Shown here piece by piece: positions 59,425 through 64,000 of a DNA stretch of 64,000 bases. Position numbers and translations under genes: made by a program. This stretch comes from an uncultured Chloroflexia bacterium (GTDB lineage Bacteria; Chloroflexota; Limnocylindria; QHBO01). The DNA is taken from NCBI GenBank assembly GCA_963814375.1, contig CAWFCQ010000008.1:128001-192000 (forward strand). The letters are read 5' to 3'. Within the stretch, counting starts at the first letter, position 1, and each line of letters begins with the position of its first letter. The notes beneath the pieces were generated by a model. That model searched no databases, had not been told where the DNA came from, and saw only the letters and a program-made list of their open reading frames with translations.

Positions 59425-59727
59425 ATGCCGTACGCCGATCCCCTCACCGATGCCGAGCTGTCGGCCGCGCTCGCCGATCTGCCGGAGTGGTCGCGTGACG
59501 GTGACCTCATCCGTCGATCGGTGCGGGTCGCCGGATTTGGTGCAGCGGCGGAGCTCGTCGTCGCGGTTGCTTCCGCGGCCGATGCGGCGAACCACCACCC
59601 CGACGTCCACATCACCGGCTATCGCAACGTCACCTTCGAGCTGACGACCCACGCCGCCAATGCGCTGACCCGGCGCGACGTCGACCTTGCCGCCCAGATC
59701 GACCGGCTCATAATCGGCGCCGAATGA
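59425..59727 (+). CDS. phhB: Pterin-4-alpha-carbinolamine dehydratase
   Basis: NHHPD, LTTH..LT.RD..LA..ID. Confidence 0.88.
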   Translation: MPYADPLTDAELSAALADLPEWSRDGDLIRRSVRVAGFGAAAELVVAVASAADAANHHPDVHITGYRNVTFELTTHAANALTRRDVDLAAQIDRLIIGAE

Positions 59728-60131
59728 GCGACGAGACGCCGATCCGGATCCTCATCGCCAAGCCGGGCCTCGACGGCCACGACCGCGGCGCCAAGGTTCT
59801 CGCCCGCGGCCTCCGCGACGAGGGGTTCGAGGTCATCTACACCGGCCTGCGCCAGACGCCGGAGATGATCGCCGACGCGGCCGAGCAGGAGGACGTGGAT
59901 GTCGTCGGCCTCTCGATCCTCTCTGGCGCGCACATGGCGCTGCTGCCGCGCACCGTGGCGCTCCTCCGCGAGCGCGGCATGTCGGACGTGCTCGTGGCCG
60001 CGGGCGGGATCATTCCCGATGCCGACGTCGCCAAGCTGAAGGAAGCGGGGATCGCCGAGATCTTCGGCCCCGGCACGTCCATCGGCCAGATCGCGCGCTA
60101 TTTCCGCGAGCACGTCAGCCGCGAGGCGTGA
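59724..60131 (+). CDS. Acyl-CoA mutase small (cobalamin-binding) subunit
   Basis: [11 protein letters not shown] (DxHxxG), [29 protein letters not shown]. Confidence 0.92.
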   Translation: MSDETPIRILIAKPGLDGHDRGAKVLARGLRDEGFEVIYTGLRQTPEMIADAAEQEDVDVVGLSILSGAHMALLPRTVALLRERGMSDVLVAAGGIIPDADVAKLKEAGIAEIFGPGTSIGQIARYFREHVSREA

Positions 60132-60144
60132 GGTCGCAACACCC

Positions 60145-61050
60145 GTGGTGAACGAGCTCGCATCGGGTGAGCGGCGGCCGCTGGCTCGGATGCTGACCCG
60201 CATCGAGAACGGCGACGCCTCGGTGCGGGAGCTGCTGCCCGAGCTGTTCGCGGCCGGTCGAGGCGGCCACGTCGTCGGCATCACGGGGCCGCCGGGGAGC
60301 GGAAAGTCCACGCTCGTCAACGCGCTGATCGGCACCTGGCGCGCGCGGGGCCTGCGGGTCGGGATCCTCGCCGTCGATCCATCCTCGCCGTACACCCGGG
60401 GCGCCATCCTCGGCGACCGAATCCGGATGATGGAGCACGCCGCCGACCGCGACGTCTTCATGCGGTCGATGGCGTCGCGCGGCGAGCTGGGCGGCCTGGC
60501 CGCCACGACCTGGATAGCGGCCGCCGCCCTCGATGCGGCCGGATTCGACCCGATCCTGATCGAGACGGTCGGCGCGGGGCAGTCGGAGGTCGAGGTGGCG
60601 CGCCTGGCCGAGACGACGGTCGTGGTCGAGGTCCCGGAGATGGGCGACGAGGTCCAGGCCATCAAGGCGGGGCTGCTCGAGATCGCCGACATCGTGGTCG
60701 TCAACAAGGGCGACCGACCGGGTGCCGATCGCGCGGCGCGCCAGCTGCGAGCGATGCTCTCGACCGCAGGCGGGCGCATCGAGCGGCCGCCGCCCCCGGT
60801 GCTCGTCACGACGGCGACGAACGGCGACGGCGTCACCGAGCTGGCCGACGCGATCGAGGCTCATCGGGCCCTGGCGCGCGAGCCGATTGCGGCCCGTGAC
60901 CGCGCCGCCAACCAGGTGCGCCGCGCGCTCGCCGATCTCGCGGCCGCACGCGCGGGTGCCTCGCCCGATTGGGAAGCGACGCTGGAAGCTGTCGCGGCCC
61001 GCCAGCTCGACCCGGTCACCGCCGCCACACGCTTGATAGAAGGAAGATGA
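60145..61050 (+). CDS. meaB: MeaB/ArgK mutase-associated GTPase chaperone
   Basis: GITGPPGSGKST, AVDPSSP..GAILGDRIRM, ETVGAGQSE, KAGLLEIAD, NKGD. Confidence 0.92.
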   Translation: MVNELASGERRPLARMLTRIENGDASVRELLPELFAAGRGGHVVGITGPPGSGKSTLVNALIGTWRARGLRVGILAVDPSSPYTRGAILGDRIRMMEHAADRDVFMRSMASRGELGGLAATTWIAAAALDAAGFDPILIETVGAGQSEVEVARLAETTVVVEVPEMGDEVQAIKAGLLEIADIVVVNKGDRPGADRAARQLRAMLSTAGGRIERPPPPVLVTTATNGDGVTELADAIEAHRALAREPIAARDRAANQVRRALADLAAARAGASPDWEATLEAVAARQLDPVTAATRLIEGR

Positions 61051-61995
61051 TGACGCCCATGCAGGTCGACGCCGTTATGGAGCGGTACGGTCCGCCCGCC
61101 ACGATCGAGATACCGCCGTGGATTGCCGATGCCCGCCTGGCCATCGGCGGCGCGGTCGGACGGCTGCTCGAGCTCGACGATGCGGTCCTCGCCCAACGAT
61201 GGCTGTGGCGCGACGATCGCGAGGGTGACGTGGACGCACGCTACGCGTTCTTCCGCTGCATCGAGACCCTCGAAGGGGCATCGGTCGCCGCGGCTCGTGC
61301 GACCGGCGAAGGCGGGCCCGATGCCGCCCGCCGCCGGAGCCTTCGGCCTCGGCACGATGGCCCGCTGGGACCTGCATGGCCTGCTCGCGCCGCTGGCTGA
61401 CGCCGACCTCGACCTGGATCCCGGCGGCGGCGAGTGGACCATTCGCCAGACGATCGCCCACGCGGTCAACGTCCAGCGCGCCTACCCCTCCTTCTCCGCC
61501 TGGTGGCTCACCCGAGAGCAGACCCCCGACCTGCCGCCGAGCGTCCCGGACGAGGTCGGCGAAGGCTTCCCGGAGGAGTCGGAGGAGGGAGCGGGATCGC
61601 TGGCGGAGATTCGCGCCCGGCTGGACGAAGCGATGGACGGCGCCGCGACTCGGCTGGCATCACTGGACGACGCACAGCTGGCGACGCCGGCGCGCTGGTC
61701 GGGCTACGCCGTGGACGTCGGCTTTCGCCTGACCCGCCAGTCGTCTCACCTCCAGGAGCACACGGTCCAGGTCGAGAAGACGCTCGTGATGCTCGGCCGG
61801 ACGCCGAGCGAGTCGGATCGGCTCGCCAGGCTCGTGCTGCGTGCCTACGGACGCCTCGAGGCCGCCGTGTACGCGCTCCCGACGGCAGCGGCGGAGCTGG
61901 GTCGCGACACCGTGCTCGGCGCGGTCGACAGGGTCGCCGACGTGGCGGGCCACGTCCGGCAGTCAGGCTCGACCGAGGCCGACACCGGTACCTGA
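61047..61995 (+). CDS. DinB/YfiT-like protein; frameshift near 61320
   Basis: PGGGEWTIRQTIAH, SHLQEH; N-part MMTPMQ..W.W..ARYAFF in another frame. Confidence 0.7.
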
Positions 61996-61999
61996 CGGC

Positions 62000-62404
62000 T
62001 CAGATCGCTGCGATCGCCTGGACCTCGATGAGCATCTCCTCGCTGGCGAGGCCGCTGACGATGAGAAGCGTGCTCGGCGGATAGCGCCCGTCCGGGAAGA
62101 GCCGCGCGAACTCGCGGGTCCGCCACTCGCGGAAGGCCGCGACGTCCTCGCGCCGCGTGAGGAAGCTCATCGTCTGAATGACGCTGGCCCAGCCGGCGCC
62201 GGCTGCGTCGAGCGCCGCCCCCAGGTTGGCGAACACCTGCGCGCACTGGTCCTCGAAGCCATCGGCCAGCGTGCCATCGGCCCCGACTCCGACCTGTCCG
62301 GCGATGACCACGAGGGTCGCGCCAGCCGGCGCGCGCGCGACGTGCGAGTAGGTGCCCGCGGGTGGCCGGACCGTGTCCGGATTGAAGATCTCGATCTCGC
62401 TCAT
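62000..62404 (-). CDS. RidA/YjgF family protein
   Basis: YSHV, IAGQVG, Q..QVFANL, PPSTLL.V.GLA, IEVQA. Confidence 0.88.
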   Translation of the reverse strand: MSEIEIFNPDTVRPPAGTYSHVARAPAGATLVVIAGQVGVGADGTLADGFEDQCAQVFANLGAALDAAGAGWASVIQTMSFLTRREDVAAFREWRTREFARLFPDGRYPPSTLLIVSGLASEEMLIEVQAIAAI

Positions 62405-62472
62405 GGCCGCCAGTATGAAGCCGGGCCGGGGCCCTCCGGGCACTCGACCACGGCTGGTACGCTTCGTCGCGC

Positions 62473-63346
62473 ATGAGCATCGACCGCGTCTTCGTCATCG
62501 GCGCCGGCCTGATGGGCCATGGGATCGCGCAGGTCAGCGCCGCCGCCGGCAAGCGGGTCACCCTCTCGGATCGCACCGGCGACCTGGCTGCGAAGGGGAG
62601 GGACCGCATCGGCGGCAACCTCGCCCGCCAGGTACGAGAAGGGCAAGCTCGACCAGGCAGCCGCCGACGCGCTGCTGGAGCGCATCGGTACCTCCGAGGG
62701 GACCGATGGCGCCGCCGGCCACCAGATCGTGATCGAGGCCGTCTTCGAGGACGAGGCCGTCAAGCGCAGCACCTGGGAATCGCTCACCAGGTCCGCCGAC
62801 GCCGATGCGATCTTCGCCTCGAACACGAGCAGCATCAGCATCACCGGCCTGGCGACGGCGACCGATCGGCCTGCGAGGTTCATCGGCCTTCACTTCTTCT
62901 CACCCGTGCCGGTGATGGGCCTGATCGAGATCATCCGCGGCCTCGAGACCGATGACCCCACCTACGACGCCTGCCGCGCGTTCGCCGAGGATCTCGGCAA
63001 GACGGTGATCGAGTCGAAGGACATGCCGGGCTTTCTCGTGAACCGAATGCTCGGCCCGTTCATCAACGAGGCGGTCTTCGCGCTGATGGAGTCGACCGGC
63101 ACGGCCGCCGACATCGACACCGGGGCAAAGCTCGGCCTCAACCATCCGATGGGCCCGCTCGAGCTCAGTGACTTCATCGGCAACGACGTCATGCTCAACG
63201 TCATGGACGTGCTGCACCGCGGCTTCGGCGACCCGAAGTTCCGCGCCGCGCCCCTCCTGCGCCAGATGGTCACCGCCGGGCACCTCGGCCGGAAGACGGG
63301 GCGCGGCTTCTACGCCTACGACGAGGCGGGGAAGAAACTGGGCTGA
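62473..63346 (+). CDS. hbd: 3-hydroxybutyryl-CoA dehydrogenase; frameshift near 62635
   Basis: VIGAGLMGHGIAQ, IEAVFE, ASNTSSISI, GLHFFSP, PGFLVNR, NHPMGPL, LGRKTGRGFY. Confidence 0.88.
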
Positions 63347-64000
63347 TGGCCGTCGAGACCGCACCGGCCCGCGATCCGCTCGCCCTCAGCGAGGAGGAGC
63401 GCTCCGTCCGCGACCTCGTTCGCGACTGGGCGCAGCGCGAGGTTGCGCCGGGTGCGGCTGAGCGCGACGAGGAGGAGCGCTACGACCGGAAGCTGTTCGA
63501 GCGCGCCGGCGAGCTCGGCATCACCGGCCTGCCCTACCCGGAGGAGGTCGGCGGCGCCGGCCTCGGAACCTTCGAGTGGGCACTGGCCCTCGAGGAGATC
63601 GCCGCGGCCGACATGGCAATGGCGGTCAGCCTGTCGGTCCACATCCTCAGCCAGCTCTGCATCTTCGCCAACGGCACCGAAGACCAGAAGTCGCAGTTCC
63701 TGCCGCCGATGACCGCCGGTCGCGAGCTCGGCGCCTTCGCGCTGACCGAGCCCGGCGCCGGCTCCGACGCCGCCTCGCTGTCACTCGCCGCGCGACGCGA
63801 CGGCGACGCGTACCTCCTCACCGGCACGAAGATCTGGATCACCAACGCGGGGGACGCGGCGCGCTATGTCGTCTTCGGCACCGTCGATCGCTCGAAGGGC
63901 AAGAACGGGATCACCGCCTTCGTGGTCGAGGCCGACACCCCCGGCTTCCGGCTCGGGTCGAAGGAACGCAAGATGGGGATCCGCGGCACGACCGGAGCCG
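63346..64000 (+). CDS. Acyl-CoA dehydrogenase (partial, runs off the window)
   Basis: ATG overlaps the hbd stop; YPEEVGG, FALTEPGAGSDA, GTKIWITN, KMGIRG. Confidence 0.9.
   Translation, partial: MAVETAPARDPLALSEEERSVRDLVRDWAQREVAPGAAERDEEERYDRKLFERAGELGITGLPYPEEVGGAGLGTFEWALALEEIAAADMAMAVSLSVHILSQLCIFANGTEDQKSQFLPPMTAGRELGAFALTEPGAGSDAASLSLAARRDGDAYLLTGTKIWITNAGDAARYVVFGTVDRSKGKNGITAFVVEADTPGFRLGSKERKMGIRGTTGA

Overview
This is a gene-dense, very GC-rich (roughly 70% by eye) bacterial chromosomal segment of about 58 CDS, mostly housekeeping and catabolic genes. Gene content and pervasive leaderless-type starts suggest a Chloroflexota (Limnocylindria/Ellin6529-like) or similar Terrabacteria genome, which is an inference. 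It holds three ABC importers (polyamine PotABCD-like, Opp/Dpp-like with an OppC-OppD fusion, and OpuC/Osm-like), branched-chain and short acyl-CoA catabolism genes (fused E1, two acyl-CoA dehydrogenases, isobutyryl-CoA mutase subunits, MeaB, Hbd), two S9 peptidases, a penicillin acylase, folE/phhB and others. I saw no rRNA, tRNA, CRISPR array, integrase or transposase. Nine frameshifts in seven otherwise intact genes look like long-read indel errors. The best candidates for something new are: (1) a four-gene iron-uptake operon behind a DtxR/IdeR-type palindrome (His/Glu lipoprotein, FTR1 permease, orphan hydantoinase/oxoprolinase-like ATPase, small anchored protein repeating a lipoprotein domain); (2) a CysRS C-terminal anticodon-binding-like domain fused to a GT2 glycosyltransferase, in a window that also encodes an MshC-like ligase lacking that domain; (3) a glutamate dehydrogenase homolog missing two active-site lysines; (4) two unannotated small proteins, one a secreted-peptide-like ORF ending GGGDFPMWR; (5) a protein with two predicted DNA-binding domains (RHH plus winged helix). 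All calls come from reading motifs by eye, and no database search was run.
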